Source: Octopus sinensis
Taxonomy: Eukaryota
Direction of reading: 5' to 3'
Assembly: GCF_006345805.1 (NCBI RefSeq)
Contig: NC_043004.1
Span: forward strand, 84,258,001 to 84,322,000
Length of the DNA: 64,000 bases
A model generated the notes under the pieces. That model ran no database searches and was not told the DNA's origin. It saw only the letters and a list, made by a program, of their open reading frames with translations. Of the stretch, positions 39,330-52,680 are shown in pieces. The position numbers and the translations under genes are program-made. Numbering within the stretch: the stretch's first letter is position 1; each line of letters begins with the position of its first letter.

Positions 39330-40690
39330 ATTATCCGGGACATTCATCCGTAAAGTAAGCGAGTAAATCCTCCATTTGTATAACGCCGGACAAACTGTCA
39401 TATCGAATGTATTGCATTACGCCTACAGCTATATTTGAATACACATTTATTAATTTCAATACGGTCTCTCTTTCTACAATTGCTGCCTTTATTTGGTTAT
39501 CGAATATCTTTGGGTTCAGTTTCACTCTAGTTAGGTTTTTCATATTCGCTAATTACTTCTCAATTTCTATATCCTTTTTGTACGCCAATATCGCTTTGAG
39601 ATTTCTTCCTTTTGGCCTTCGTCCTTCCTTACATATTTACAGTTGTTCTTCCACTTTTCTTTCCCATTCTTTCTGTTCCTCCCACGTTGAAACTTCACTC
39701 TCTTTCGTTTCTGTATCTCTCTCTCCGTGCGCTCGCTCCTCTATCTCGTCGGTAGACTACTTTTTAGCTTTTTTCTTTTTTTATGTTGTTCTTTGGGTGG
39801 TGATTCCACCCGTGTTCGATTTCTTTCTTCTGTTCTTTCCTTTTCTTTCTCCTTCACCAACTCGTCACCACTTTCCACATTGTCTTTTGTCACGATTTCT
39901 CTTCCGCTTGCAATTCCATATTCTCCTTTTGTAACTCCTCTCTCAAAGCCTCCAGTGTTATCGTCTTCTCTTGTACTTCTCTTAGGGCGCACACCTCCTT
40001 CATATGCCCTCTACTTTTACATTTGTAACACAATGGTGGTCTCCCCTACACCACCACTCTCAGTCGTACCTCGTCGGGGAACACTAATTCCTGTGAGATT
40101 TTATACCGGTCTGGCATGGTTATCTGAACCAAAGCCTGCACCACAGATCCTCACCAATTTATTTATTTCGACTTTTCTAACATCAGTATGTCGACGCTCT
40201 CTTTGCAGTTGAATATTATTGCCGCTACAATTCTTTCTGTGTCAAACTCCGGTGGAATTTTACTAATCCGTATTCTCACTGCTCTTTTTCCACAATAACT
40301 GGGAAGTAACACCCATTTTTCGGATTTCAATACCGTCGTGGCGTTTCTCTTCACTTCGTCTTCGTTTTCAAAACGAACGTCTACTGTTGCGAATTTTCTA
40401 CCTCTATTGTAGAAGGTAGTTTTTCCTTTAATCTCCTGTAGACACTTCTCGATTTCTTCCACCTCTGCCACTTCTATTCTCTTCGAAACCACATTCCACG
40501 TTCTGTACGTTATAATTCTCTTCTCCGCTTCTTTCACTTCGTCTTCAGGTGGTGTGACCCTCAGACAATCACCTTCCTTCTTGAAGCTATCGTAATACTT
40601 CCTTAAACTCTCCTTTTCAATAACTATTTCTTCCAACTGTAGTTCACTCGCAGCGAGGCCTTTGCTCCCGCGTAAGTTTGGGCTTGCATA
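39330..40690 (-). mobile_element. Tx1/L1-like LINE ORF1 (pseudogenised) with CCHC zinc knuckle
   Basis: ORF 40163-40636 (...FATVDVRF...PSYCGKRAVRIRISKIPPEF...), then LRVVV*GRPPLCYKCKSRGHMKEVC (C-X2-C-X4-H-X4-C at 39989-40030, stop at 40046-48), a purine-rich K/E/R region, and ORF 39331-39543. No ORF2 follows. Confidence 0.75.
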
Positions 40691-41179
40691 CCCAACAAAA
40701 ACTCCAGCAATTCACCACGCCGTAACAACTTCCAACAACAAAATCATCAAAATCCAACTCACAACCGCAATACAAAATAACCGACACAAACACTCGACTG
40801 GAAATAGAAGTTCTCCAATGAGCTCTATACACTTTTTCATCCAAAGGGAGGCAATGCGAGCAACAACCACAGGAACATCACACAATTCAAAGATAGACCG
40901 AACACATACAAATCTTATATACTAATTTATATATAAACAGTCCGATATTTTAAAAAAAATTAAAATTCAGTAATATATAAGTATCATATACCAATACAAA
41001 TATAAATATAAATATAAGTTTTGCATATAACACGCTTAAAACTGTTAGAGTAAGGGAAATAAATATAATGATAATAAAAGAAAGATATGGCATATCAAAG
41101 GACGAATAAAATTCCGGCGAATAGTACATAGAATATAATACATATACAAGCTTACAAAAATATAAGATATACAGAAGTA

Positions 41180-41272
41180 CATCTACGGGCCGTTTCGGGG
41201 ATGTGCCAATTGATATTAGACATATCAGTACTTAAAATAGTACTTAAAATTGGTACACCCCTCATCAAGATG
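41180..41272 (-). ncRNA. Type I hammerhead motif with long stem II (U3 variant)
   Basis: Minus strand CATC TTGATGA GGGG-TGT-A-CCAATT...AATTGG-C-ACA-T-CCCC GAAAC G-GCC-C GTA GATG. All three stems pair and the triplet is GUA. Confidence 0.7.
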
Positions 41273-41859
41273 GCCTACGATTATTCTGCGCTTTGCATTA
41301 ATTCAGAGATGCAAGTAAATTATATGTTATGTAATATAATAATATAAATTATCTACAAGTCCTTAAGCTTCGAAACAATTTGTCTTGCTATTTCAATTTT
41401 ATCATTGTTAAGTATAATTTCATCAAATAATGTTCCTGTTATTTATGAGTTTATACACATCTTATTGTTTTCATTTCTATCATACCATATATTCTTCATG
41501 TTTTGAAGTATGATACGTTAAGGAGCTTTTTTTCAAGATTATTAACGGATTACTTGAATCCATATATTGTGACTTAGACTTAAATATATATATATATATA
41601 TATATATTGAAATTTGTTGATTTTATTAAATTAATTATATTTCACCCTTTATCTGTATTGATTATTTGATTCCCCTACGACGGAACTACGAATTCATTTT
41701 CGGCAGTATTATTTGTGACTCACGTGGGAGAAATTCTGGAGGGAGATACGAATTCACTTGTTTATATAAATGTGGATATGCTGGCGGGCTTCTATATGTC
41801 CGATATCGCTTGTTCGGAATATAGTGGTAAATTTTCTCTAGCATTTTCAGATTTATTTA

Positions 41860-42085
41860 TCGGAATATTATGTTGATAAAGGAAATGAATCTCTGATTTT
41901 AATCCAGAAACGTGCGTCCATATTTGACCGAACATTGTTTGATTTCGTTTTTTCTTTTTGCCATAGTGAGTTACAAATACTGTTGTTTGTGGGACATATT
42001 TTTGTAGTAAAATAAATAAGTCGTCTGGCTGCTATTTCTAATACTTTCGGTATGTGGTCTAGCAACCTGTTGCAAAGACCCTCAT
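41860..42085. repeat. Unclassified dispersed repeat, copy 2
   Basis: Similar to 34945-35215. Lies between ~50-bp direct repeats at 41609-41658 and 42148-42196. Confidence 0.75.
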
Positions 42086-42189
42086 TGTTATAATTATATA
42101 TAATTTTACCGAATATGGTCCTTTTTCATACCGAAAAACTACTTGGGGAAATTGTTGATTTTATTAATTTAATTATATTTCACCCTTTA

Positions 42190-42247
<58 letters not shown>

Positions 42248-42264
42248 CAACTTATAAGTAATGT

Positions 42265-42559
42265 CTAAAGAAAATTATTTCAATGGCGATATGCTGATAA
42301 CAGACTTTTAAATCGTTAAATTCCACATATTATTTACTCGCTACAGAAAAAAAACATGAAGAGCTGAAATCGGGGAAAGCCGGCCGATAGAATTTTTTTT
42401 AAAATTTCGTTATTCCTATATTGAATCAATTTCGGAATTAATCTCATAATATATTTTTTCCTCTTCGTGCTTGTTTTCTGTAGCGAGTAAATAATATGTG
42501 GAAATTGACGATTTAAAAATCTGTTATCAGCATATTGGCATTGAAATAAATTTCTTTAG
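42265..42559. mobile_element. Fold-back MITE with ~98-bp inverted arms
   Basis: 42265-42363 versus 42461-42559, for example CCACATATTATTTACTCGCTACAGAAAA / TTTTCTGTAGCGAGTAAATAATATGTGG. Confidence 0.85.
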
Positions 42560-42667
42560 CCCTTATTTATAAGTTGTTTATAATTTTAACCTTAAAGGTA
42601 TTTTAATATGCTGCCACTTTTTTTGATGGAATTTTTTTTTGTAAAAATACTTCATCCTATATTAGTA

Positions 42668-42713
<46 letters not shown>

Positions 42714-42757
42714 TTATACACATGAATACACCCACATCTACACACAATCGCCCACGT

Positions 42758-42804
<47 letters not shown>

Positions 42805-43178
42805 TATATATATACAGATACATACAAGCACGCGCGCGCATACAGACACAAACAAGCACATACACACATATACACATGCTTTCTGCTTTCAAATATAAAA
42901 TTTCAGACATAACTTTGTTGTTTATCGGGAAATATAATTGAGAGGTTCCACACATTTCAGCAATACCGGAACGCACTATGATCTTCTTGTCCCTATAACG
43001 TATCTTCCTCTTTCAAATTATCATAGCGAATACTCTATTTTTTTTCCTTCTCATTTCGAAAGTCTCCTGTTCCACAGCGTTTCAATCTGTATCATTACTA
43101 CTTTGGTAAATATAAAAAGAAATATATTCTAACCCCACCCACTGGAAGTGATACATAGAAACATACACACACACATAT

Positions 43179-43228
<50 letters not shown>

Positions 43229-43524
43229 GTATGTATACATACACACACACACACATGCATACATACATACATACATATATATATATTATATATATATATA
43301 TGAACATGGTATATCAACATGCGTACTGTTTTTCCCCTTTCATGTCGGCGCGGATTTGCGTATATAAATGTGTATTTATTCATTTTAAAGCAGCTTCTAT
43401 GTCTGTTTATCAATTTCGAATTTATTGTGTTGTTTGTCATGGCACGCCCATAATCGTGTTTCATACAGACACTCGTTGGCTTGGATACCAATCTTTTATT
43501 CAAGTAGATTCAATTTCATTTCAG

Positions 43525-43642
43525 TTACTTTTATACAAGGTGAGATTTATCAGCTCTCACAGGACTTGTTTTTTCTTGCAATACATAAAAATAAACACGC
43601 GCAAAACAGTGTCTGCATTCAAAACGATTCTAACGACCGTAG
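43525..43642 (+). CDS. Isolated candidate exon (TFIQGEIYQLSQDLFFLAIHKNKHAQNSVCIQNDSNDR)
   Basis: Acceptor tttcatttcag|, donor CGTAG|gtattt; 118 nt open frame, phase 1 to 2. Its link to the upstream exons is not demonstrated. Confidence 0.33.
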
Positions 43643-43934
43643 GTATTTTTACCTTTCTTGAAATGTGGTCTCGTTGTGCCTTAAATTTAAAGTTCGTGCC
43701 GTCCATTTGCTCTGTTTTCTACACTTCTTGTGTGCATCTATACATTTGTATGTGGACGAAATACTTAGATGTATTTCGCCCGTTGCCATTTTGTGTGTTC
43801 AAATTTCCCCGAGATCGAATGTGCCTTTCATGCTTCTATGATCGATAAATTAAGTACCAGTGAAACACCAAGTGTCAACGGAATCGACCTATACCCTTCC
43901 CCATATTGGCTGCCCTTCTGATAAATTTTGAAAC

Positions 43935-44340
43935 TGTCATCATCATCATCGTCATCGTCATCGTCATCATCATCATCATCACCACCGTCGTCACCATCGT
44001 CATTATCGTCATTATCATTATCATTATCATGATTATCATTATCATCATTATCATTATCATCATTATCGCCATTATCATCATTATCATTATCATTATAATC
44101 ATTATAATCATTATCATTATGATCATTATCATTATCATCATTATCATTATCATGACTATCATTATCATCATTATCATCATCATCATCATCATCATTATCA
44201 TTATCATCACCGTTATCATCATTATCATTATCATTATTATCATCATTATCATTATTATCATTATCATTATTATCATTATCATTATCATCTTATCATTATC
44301 ATTATCGTCACCATTATCATCATCATTATTGTTATTATTA
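43935..44340. repeat. (ATC/ATT)n compound microsatellite
   Basis: Directly visible. It lies where the tail of the adjacent minus-strand LINE end would be. Confidence 0.95.
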
Positions 44341-44389
44341 ACGTATTTATTTACCAGTTTCAGCATGAGAGCCGTTTCTTTTGCAACAC

Positions 44390-44580
44390 TTTTCATAAAC
44401 CTCCTCCGATGTATGAGATTTGGTGAATGAGTGAGTTTCATGTTGCTGCCCTCATCTGTGTTTCTTACTGAGAAGTTCATCCGGATATTTTGAGAGGAGG
44501 AAATCCAGTTTTGTTTTGAAGAAGCCATGGAGGTGCATCAGGCTTTGTGCGGTGATATTGAAGTGCTGTAGACATGTGTG
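44390..44580 (-). mobile_element. CR1-like LINE 3' terminus
   Basis: Minus strand NITAQSLMHLHGFFKTKLDFLLSKYPDE resembles the CR1-type C-terminal FKxxLDxxLxxxPDEP. It is followed by a simple-repeat tail. Confidence 0.5.
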
Positions 44581-46486
44581 TGTGTGTGATTGTGCGTGCG
44601 TGTCTGTCTGTCTGTGTGTGTGTTCCGACCGTACATTATTTAAAACATGATCCTTCCTTCGATTATTATTCCTTCTTCTAAATGAAGGCCATCCTTTCAT
44701 TCATATTCAACTTCAAATCATCGTAAACACCTTTGTAACTTTAATTTAATTCCTTTGCATATATGTGGACTTGTTCAGACGAAATGCGAACCCTTCAGTC
44801 AGTGATCGCCATCTTTTTTTGATAATAAATGTATTAAAAGTCAACGTTGGTCTTGTATTTATGATAGTCTTTAATTAAGGTATTTTGTTCCAAATAACAA
44901 ATATTTCTTTTTCCACCGTTATCTCCAGTCCCACACAATCTTAATACAACTTCAAGAAAACAGAAACAAGCTATAAAATATATCGATCGTTCTGCTAATA
45001 CAATAGCGATGCCTTCCAAGAAAACTTATCTGAAACGTCTATAACAGAAAACAGAAAACATTATTAAAAGATTACCACATTAATGTATAGTCTAACAATA
45101 ACAAATAGCATTATGCATTAATGGGTTTAAATAAAGAGTTTTCGTCTTTGAAGAAAACCCAAACAGATAGTAAAGATAATTTCAAGTATGTTTTTTCATA
45201 CTAATAAATCCCCAACCTCTCAAAACAAGCTTTTTCAATGCTTCGAAGGCGATATGTTTGTTAACACAAACAATCAAATTCACAGGGACAACGAATAGCT
45301 ATCACAAAACATACGTGTTTCTAAAGGTTAAAACAAGATTATATTTCGAAATTCAGAGAAGACAACAAACTATGAAATTAATAATCTGGCCTTTCACAGA
45401 TTCCTTTATGTAAACATAAATATAAACAACCTCCACTCAAAATTATTAAATACGTTTTTTGAATGGCATACATTTAAATGCTAATTTTTGTAGGCATATT
45501 TAATATGAATTACACACGTTTTATTATTGAGGGAACTCAATACGGAAGATAGATGAAGAAAGTATTATTGTAAAACGTGAAAATGTTTGGGACTGCAAGT
45601 TTGTATTCATAAATTACTCTTACAGAATCTGAATAAGCTGTCAGGCAAACATTGTGGTCGTTATCATTATGAATTTTCCACTGGCATTAATTTATTCATT
45701 TAATATAAAACTGCTTTGCCAACCGCTTTGTCGCATTACATCACATCCATCACATTTTATTAAGTCATATAACATTAACTAGCTGAATGGGCCATCATTG
45801 TCGGGTCCCCGAGAGATAGACCTTTTGATCAGGACAGACATGCGCAATTTTTCGCAACAAACTACGTTGAGGATAATTTTTCCTTTTTAAATTATTTACA
45901 TATCTCTTCTACCGTTTCACATGACTTTATTCATTAAAACCTATTAAAACTTGAGAATTTCTTACAACTTTGGTCGTCGTAATGCTTTGCTTTCGTTTGT
46001 TTAATGAAAGAAACATCCTCCTCGTAATGTTTTTGATTTCAGTTTGTGAAAGACAGCTTTCATGCAGAAATGCCAGCTTCCAAATCCTATCTTCTGATAA
46101 CGTAAAATTCATTGAAGTTTAAACCCCAGTAACATTGCTCTGTATTTTTTGGAACAAATAAATAACAAAATCAGATACAACATGGAAACATATTTCAATA
46201 TACCAAATTTGAATATTTTCACGTAATATCAAAATTACACAACATGTGACAGCCATAAGGAAGACCCTACAAAAGTAGAGAGACAAACAGTTATAGGACG
46301 TCAAGCACACACTTAAACGCACACATTCACAGACATACACAAACACACTCACAAGCACACACACTGAAACTCACACGCATTTACAAACGTAAACACAGGT
46401 AATCATGAATTTAAGATGGTGTATACTAGACATACATATGCATGTTCGTACGTATCTGCATATATATATATATATCACCGTGACCG

Positions 46487-46600
46487 ATCAGTCTATCAGA
46501 TTTTGCTACGCGTCGCTACTCACAACGCCCGGTCTGGGAATCGAAACCTCGATCCTACGACCGCGAGTCCACTACCCTAACCACTGAGCCATTGCGCCTC
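46487..46600 (-). mobile_element. SINE family C (head plus 3' end, deleted middle)
   Basis: Minus-strand tRNA-like head GAGGCGCAATGGCTCAGTGGTTAGGGTAGTGGACTCGCGGTCGTAGGATCGAGGTTTCGATTCCC. Confidence 0.8.
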
Positions 46601-46654
46601 ACACATATACACACACACACAAACACACACGCACACACATACACACACACATAC

Positions 46655-46701
<47 letters not shown>

Positions 46702-47304
46702 TGTGTTTCTTTCCGATGGACAGCAAATAAAACAACTACAACCTCTCCTTAAATCTACGTATTCCTCACACCCACTTTCGTTTCCCTTCCTTGGTGTTTT
46801 AAAAAGTACGGATGTGTATATGCATGCATGTGTGTGCAGAGTTGGCTTGTGTGTGTTTGCAGAGTGTGTGCTTGTGTGTGTATGTGAGTATATGTATGTC
46901 TCCATGTACTTACATAAGTATGTATGCAGCATGACCTGTATATCCCTGAATGATAGCTGGACTAACCTTACAGCCCACTGCCACTCCATAGTTTTCGGTT
47001 ACACAACATTTTTCTCCTCTTCCCTGATATCAGTCACCCTCGCTATGTCACCCCCTCGTACTAACACCCTTTCACCTTTCCCATATATATACGCACTAAG
47101 AAACTTGTTCGGTCACAAAAAAGATCTTAAATTGACATGTATCATCATCCGAATGTAACACAGAATCATACTCCTTTTCTAACAAATCCCAGTTTCAAAT
47201 CAGAACTACTCTCTCCACCATATGTTCCTCACAGGCTAAATTGTACAAACAAATACATACATTTCGTAAAAGAAATACGTAACGTTGTTTACCCGAGTCA
47301 TACA

Positions 47305-47530
47305 GACACATAAGGCTGGTTTCCCGGTTTCCATATTATATGTATTTCCCACCTGGACGGGACGCCGATCCGTTGAAAGATTACTCACCTTTGCCAGGCG
47401 AGTAGAGGAGAGCAACGTGAAGTGAAGTGTTGGACTCAAGAAAACAACGCGTCGTCCGTTCCTGGAATCGAAATCACAATCTTACGAACATGAAACGAAC
47501 ACTCTAACCACTAAGCGACGCGCCTTCAAA
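47305..47530 (-). mobile_element. tRNA-head SINE, family D
   Basis: Minus-strand head GAAGGCGCGTCGCTTAGTGGTTAGAGTGTTCG...GATTGTGATTTCGATTCCAGG, with a distinct body. Confidence 0.65.
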
Positions 47531-47871
47531 TTCATCCCTATAACATTCTCTATTTTCCTCTTCCTATAAAGCCATCCCCCTGTCTATACAATACATAATT
47601 ATTAGTCAGATTACGCCGTCTACATTCGAAACCTTAAGCCAAACCTAAACGCAAGACGCAAGAGAGAAAGTTGTTCAAAGAAAAGAATAAATATCGATCA
47701 GATGACGCTGAGCCAACCGAATTTTCGAAGTCGCTATTAAAGTTTCTCTTTATATGTTAATACCCGTGTGTTGATCGTATCTTATAATCGTGTACTAGTG
47801 TTTCCATGTATATATCTATTAATTAATTAATCACTCTCACACCCTGTCATTCTGTCTGTCTGACTGTCTCG

Positions 47872-47949
<78 letters not shown>

Positions 47950-47954
47950 ATATA

Positions 47955-48360
47955 ATGCATCGACAACAGATTGCATCCCCAGAATACAGAATGATACCTT
48001 TTAGTGAGCACATTGAGAAATGCGCAAAGCAACTACTACCACAATTTTTAATCTTTCCATTTTACCAATGTGCTATCGGATCATCAACACAAATTAGACT
48101 AAACAAGGAAACAATCTTCATTGAAAAGTACAAGCCCAGACTTAACCATTCCAACATACTTATACAGAGAAATTCACACCAAGGGAAAGGCAAAAAATTT
48201 TAAGCGATCATCTCCCTTACACCGGAAGAAATCACTTATTACCTCCCCTTATCTAGAACTCTTTTCAACATAAACATAACGATAACTCTCTCAACATAAA
48301 CATAACGACGTAAGAAATTTGAAAAGCTAAAAGGCGAAACCGGTCTTTCTTCTAAACTAT
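47955..48360 (+). mobile_element. PLE 3' end (GIY-YIG C-terminus) with downstream decayed HHR at 48312-48351
   Basis: HRQQIASPEYRMIPFSEHIEKCA...FLIFPFY...RLNKETIFIEKYKPRLN; then AAGAAA T TTGAAAA GCT-AAAA-GGC GAAAC-CG-GTC TTTCTT. Confidence 0.65.
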
Positions 48361-48473
48361 GTCATTGTAAGAAAAACATTTATAATATTCTTCAGACATA
48401 TTGACTCAAATATATTTTTTTAACCTTTTAAAACAAGCCTTCTGTAGTTTTTTTCAATTTTTACTATTTTCTA

Positions 48474-48530
<57 letters not shown>

Positions 48531-48612
48531 GCAATTGCAGCGTGGAAGGTGTTTATAAGGTATTTAAGAAACACGCAAAAACCGTTAGATTCACTTCAAC
48601 ATTTAAATTTAA

Positions 48613-48664
48613 TTTGTCAAAATATTTTCGTCGCTTTCACACCGAAACATGTTCACTGACAAAA
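48613..48664 (-). ncRNA. Hammerhead-like G3-C8 motif, stem II decayed
   Basis: Minus strand TTTTGTCA GTGAACA T GTTTC-GGTGTGAAA-GCGAC GAAA ATATTT TGACAAA. Confidence 0.5.
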
Positions 48665-48685
48665 ATTCGTGCTGCAAAACGAAGT

Positions 48686-48736
48686 TTTGTCAGTGAACAG
48701 GTCGCGGTCTGAAAGCGCCGAAAATATTTTGACAAA
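48686..48736 (+). ncRNA. Hammerhead-like G3-C8 motif
   Basis: TTTGTCA GTGAACA G GTCGC-GGTCTGAAA-GCGCC GAAA ATAT T T TGACAAA (one stem II mismatch). Confidence 0.6.
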
Positions 48737-50885
48737 TTAAATTTATATGTTGATGTGCATCTAACGGCTTTTGTGTGTTTCTTAAATGGTTTATAAACAC
48801 CTTCCACACTGCAATTGCTTTCGTTCCAGCACACGATCTCAGATCAGGTCACTTGCTATGGAAGTACATCTCCATAATATGTATATATGTTTGTATGCGT
48901 GGGATTATTATTATAGGTTGGTGAGTGGAAAATGGCGTCTTCTGGGGGCATTTTCAAGGGACCAAAGTATGGTAAATTAAAAAGAAGTACTAATTCCCAG
49001 ACTAGGTTTTCACGACAATGTAATCAAAGAAAGGCTTCAGTATACCTTTTGCTCTGCAAAGTTCTGTGCTCACATTCTTGGTCAGCTCCAGCCAGTGGTT
49101 TACACCGTTACTGCAAGAAGACGGTTTTAACTGAGAAAAAAGTCTTTTAAAGCAATATTGTAAACGCATTTTAAAAGTAACAATCCATGCCTGTATGGGT
49201 AGTTATGCATGGATTGTTACTTTGAAAATCAAATACGAAACCCGATTTATTTGTCTTAACTGCTGTATGAGGAGATATAGTTCGAAGTACTGCATATATA
49301 TGCAGAAATCCTTGTAGATTACACGCGCTGTACGTAGTAGATAACTATATTGCTGAAGGCAGAATATTGTATTTTGGTTACGATATATATTTAGTATAAA
49401 ATTGAAATATGTTGAAGTCGTAAGATAATTTTAAATAATCGAAGGGAAAGATAAATCTGGATTTCAGTATTTCCAGATTATTCTTTTGTTATCAATGCAT
49501 ATGATGGGTTTTTGAAGACGAATAGTTATTATTTCAAGGAGTATGTTCGAGTTAGCTACAGCATAAGTAAAAATTCAATCTTCCAAGTGAAGAAGATAAG
49601 CAGAATGTTTTGCGTAGGAACAAAATTGATATGACGCACGCATCATAATCGATTCATTTGTGGTATCCATATACATACCTACATCATTCAAAATGAATTT
49701 AAGTTGTTTTCGAAGTTATGTTCCAGAATGTAAAATCTCTCATCAAACGAAGCTGAATTTTAATCACACGGCTGCAATAAATACTGTAATATATACCTAT
49801 CTTTTAAAACACTTTTTGAAATAACAAAATTGGCCATTGAATCCGTAAAGCTGAGAGGTATGATTAGATATAGTACATAGAGTGCGTTTCACATACAAGG
49901 TAGAGATAAGTTTACAGGAAATGGAATAAGTTTCGTGAATAGTCAGGGCACTGCGCAATATTGCCGGTACTGTTCCTGTGAATTTTCCCTTGCAAATATC
50001 AGTCACTGATATTTAAAAACACCTATCGTAAGATATGGTTTATTGTCGGTTATTTTAGTTTGACCACTCGTTGTCTTGGTATCTGCAAGGGTTTTTTTAA
50101 AAAAATAGAATTATATCTATTTTTTTTTATGAAGTACATACAACACTGGACCATGAAAACAACAATTCCAAGATTTTAAGAGAACTAAAATACTTGATGC
50201 ATAGTTATCTTATATCAATGCATTCTAATTGTACTTGAAACAACACAAAAATGAGATAAAAACTAAATATAATTGTTCTTGTTGGGCGTTCATGAAATGA
50301 GGAAAATGAAGGAAATGCTTCACACACACAAATACACACACACACACTCACACATACACACATATATATATGTATGTGTGCGTAGGTATGTATAGAGCGA
50401 GAGAGAGAGAGAGAGGGAGAGAGATAAACAGCACTGATTTGTGTTGAGCTGCAATAACATAATATGAAATACACAGCAAAGCAAAGCTAACTTCAAATAA
50501 TATATTTCCCATGATATAGTCTATTAATATATATGGAACTGACAAAAAATGAAGAGAGATTTCCGGGTATAATAATCAAAGTAACATTCTTTTATACTCG
50601 GTAGAGAAAGAAGATTTTTTCAAATACATTTTCATCTAATTCACTATGAGCAATAAGTCACAAATGGTGTTCTGTCGGATGTTTATGAGAAAAGAAAACC
50701 ACGCTCACAATATTATTATTTTTTATGCAGCTACATAAGCAGATAAAATGGCACAACCTCGTTGCCATATCATTATTTCTAATACACAGGTAGGAACACG
50801 TAGTGATCGCATATTATTTCCATGGTCAATATTTAGAAAACAATCACGTTCATATAGCTGTTAAAACCATGAGGTGTATTACATA

Positions 50886-51046
<161 letters not shown>

Positions 51047-51059
51047 ATATATATATATT

Positions 51060-51275
51060 ACTCCTTACTTTTACTTGTTTCTGTCATGTGGCTGTGGCTA
51101 TGCTGGAGCACAGCCTTTAGTCGATCAAATCGACCTCAGGACTTATTTTGTAAGCCTAGTACTTATTTTATCGGTATCTTTTTTGCCGAACCAATAAGTT
51201 ACGGGGACGTAAACACGCCAGCAACGGTTGTCAAGGGATGTTGGGGGGGGGGGCAAACACAGACACACAAACACG

Positions 51276-51324
<49 letters not shown>

Positions 51325-51492
51325 GACGGGCTTCTTTCAGTTTCCGTCTACTAAATCCATTCATCCATTCACAAGGCTTTGGTCGGCCCGAGGCTATAGT
51401 AAAAGTAACTTACCTAAGGTGCCACGCACTGGTACTGAACCCGGAACAATGTGGTTGGTAAGCAAGCTACTTACCACACAGCCACTCCTATA
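51060..51492 (-). mobile_element. SINE family A, full length
   Basis: Reverse complement of the head, body and tail. Confidence 0.9.
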
Positions 51493-52047
51493 TATACTGG
51501 AGTTGATAATGACCTGAATATCAATGTCCAAAGTTAATATGTTCATATTATATAAAGCTTTACAATATTTAGCAGAGAATATACGTCAATTAGATCCAAG
51601 AACATTTTAATTATACATTTGCCAGTAGTTTTCCCTTATTGTTTCTATAATATGTGTGCTCAAAGATATTGCATACAGGCTACAGATATAAGATAAATGA
51701 AACATGAAAATCTATATTGTAGGTTCCTAGAAAACACCTTTAATAATCCTAGATATATTTCATCTTTCGAATATCGAATACACTTTACAATCGGAGTTAA
51801 ACCATACGAACTACGCAGTATACTCTGGATAAGATTTCAACATTATTCAATGAAAAGAATCAGATGAGTGGTGGGTACTCATCATGAATTCACGTCAAAC
51901 AGTCCCACTGTCTAAGGATCAAATATGCCCTGGGCTTCAAAGACAAGTTTGGTAGTGCTGGAGAAGAACAAAGTTCTCAATAAATCAGTAGAAAATCTCG
52001 GGAAACGAGTGCACACTCAGTCCCGTGTAAATAGTAATAGATTTCCG

Positions 52048-52112
<65 letters not shown>

Positions 52113-52600
52113 ATCAATATCTATCTATCTATATATATATCTATATCTATCTATCTATCTATATCTATTTATCTATATCTATCTATATCGATCTATATTT
52201 ATCTATCTATTTATATCTATTATCTATACATATCTATATCTATCTATATATATCTATCTCTATCTATATCCATCTATCTATATCTATGTATCGTTATCTA
52301 TCTATTTTTATCTATCTATTTATATCTATCTATTTATATTTATCTATTTATATCTATCTATTTATATCTATCTATCTATATCTATCTATATCTATCTATA
52401 TCTATATCCATATCTATCTATATCTATATCTATATCTATCTATCTACATCAATCTATATCTATCTATCTATATATGTCTATCTATATCTATCTATCTATC
52501 TATATGTATCTATGTATATCTATCTATCTATATCTATCTATATATCTATCTATCTCTATCTATTTATCTATCTATCAATCTCTATCTATATATCTATCTA

Positions 52601-52665
<65 letters not shown>

Positions 52666-52680
52666 CTATCTATATATATA
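52048..52680. repeat. Degenerate (TATC)/(TA) array, ~630 bp
   Basis: Directly visible. It explains the 282-aa 'ORF'. Confidence 0.95.

Larger units (their letters stand above)
48531..48878. mobile_element. Palindromic non-autonomous element, copy 2 (opposite orientation)
   Basis: Arms 48531-~48664 and ~48685-48818, with the unique tail at 48819-48878 (reverse complement of 17205-17262). The arms are more diverged than in copy 1. Confidence 0.88.

Noticed and set aside
41354-41390. CGAAACAATTTGTCTTG, a possible hammerhead 3' half
   Set aside because: The 5' core CUGANGA and stem II cannot be identified.
47690-47735. CAGATGA...CGAA...GTC hammerhead-like traces, similar traces at ~20115-20145 and ~6400-6430
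   Set aside because: Too many core and stem substitutions to call.
48932-48970. ATG-initiated mini exon MASSGGIFKGPKY|gtaaat
   Set aside because: No promoter evidence and no supported phase 1 partner exon. The donor at 49857 has no usable acceptor.
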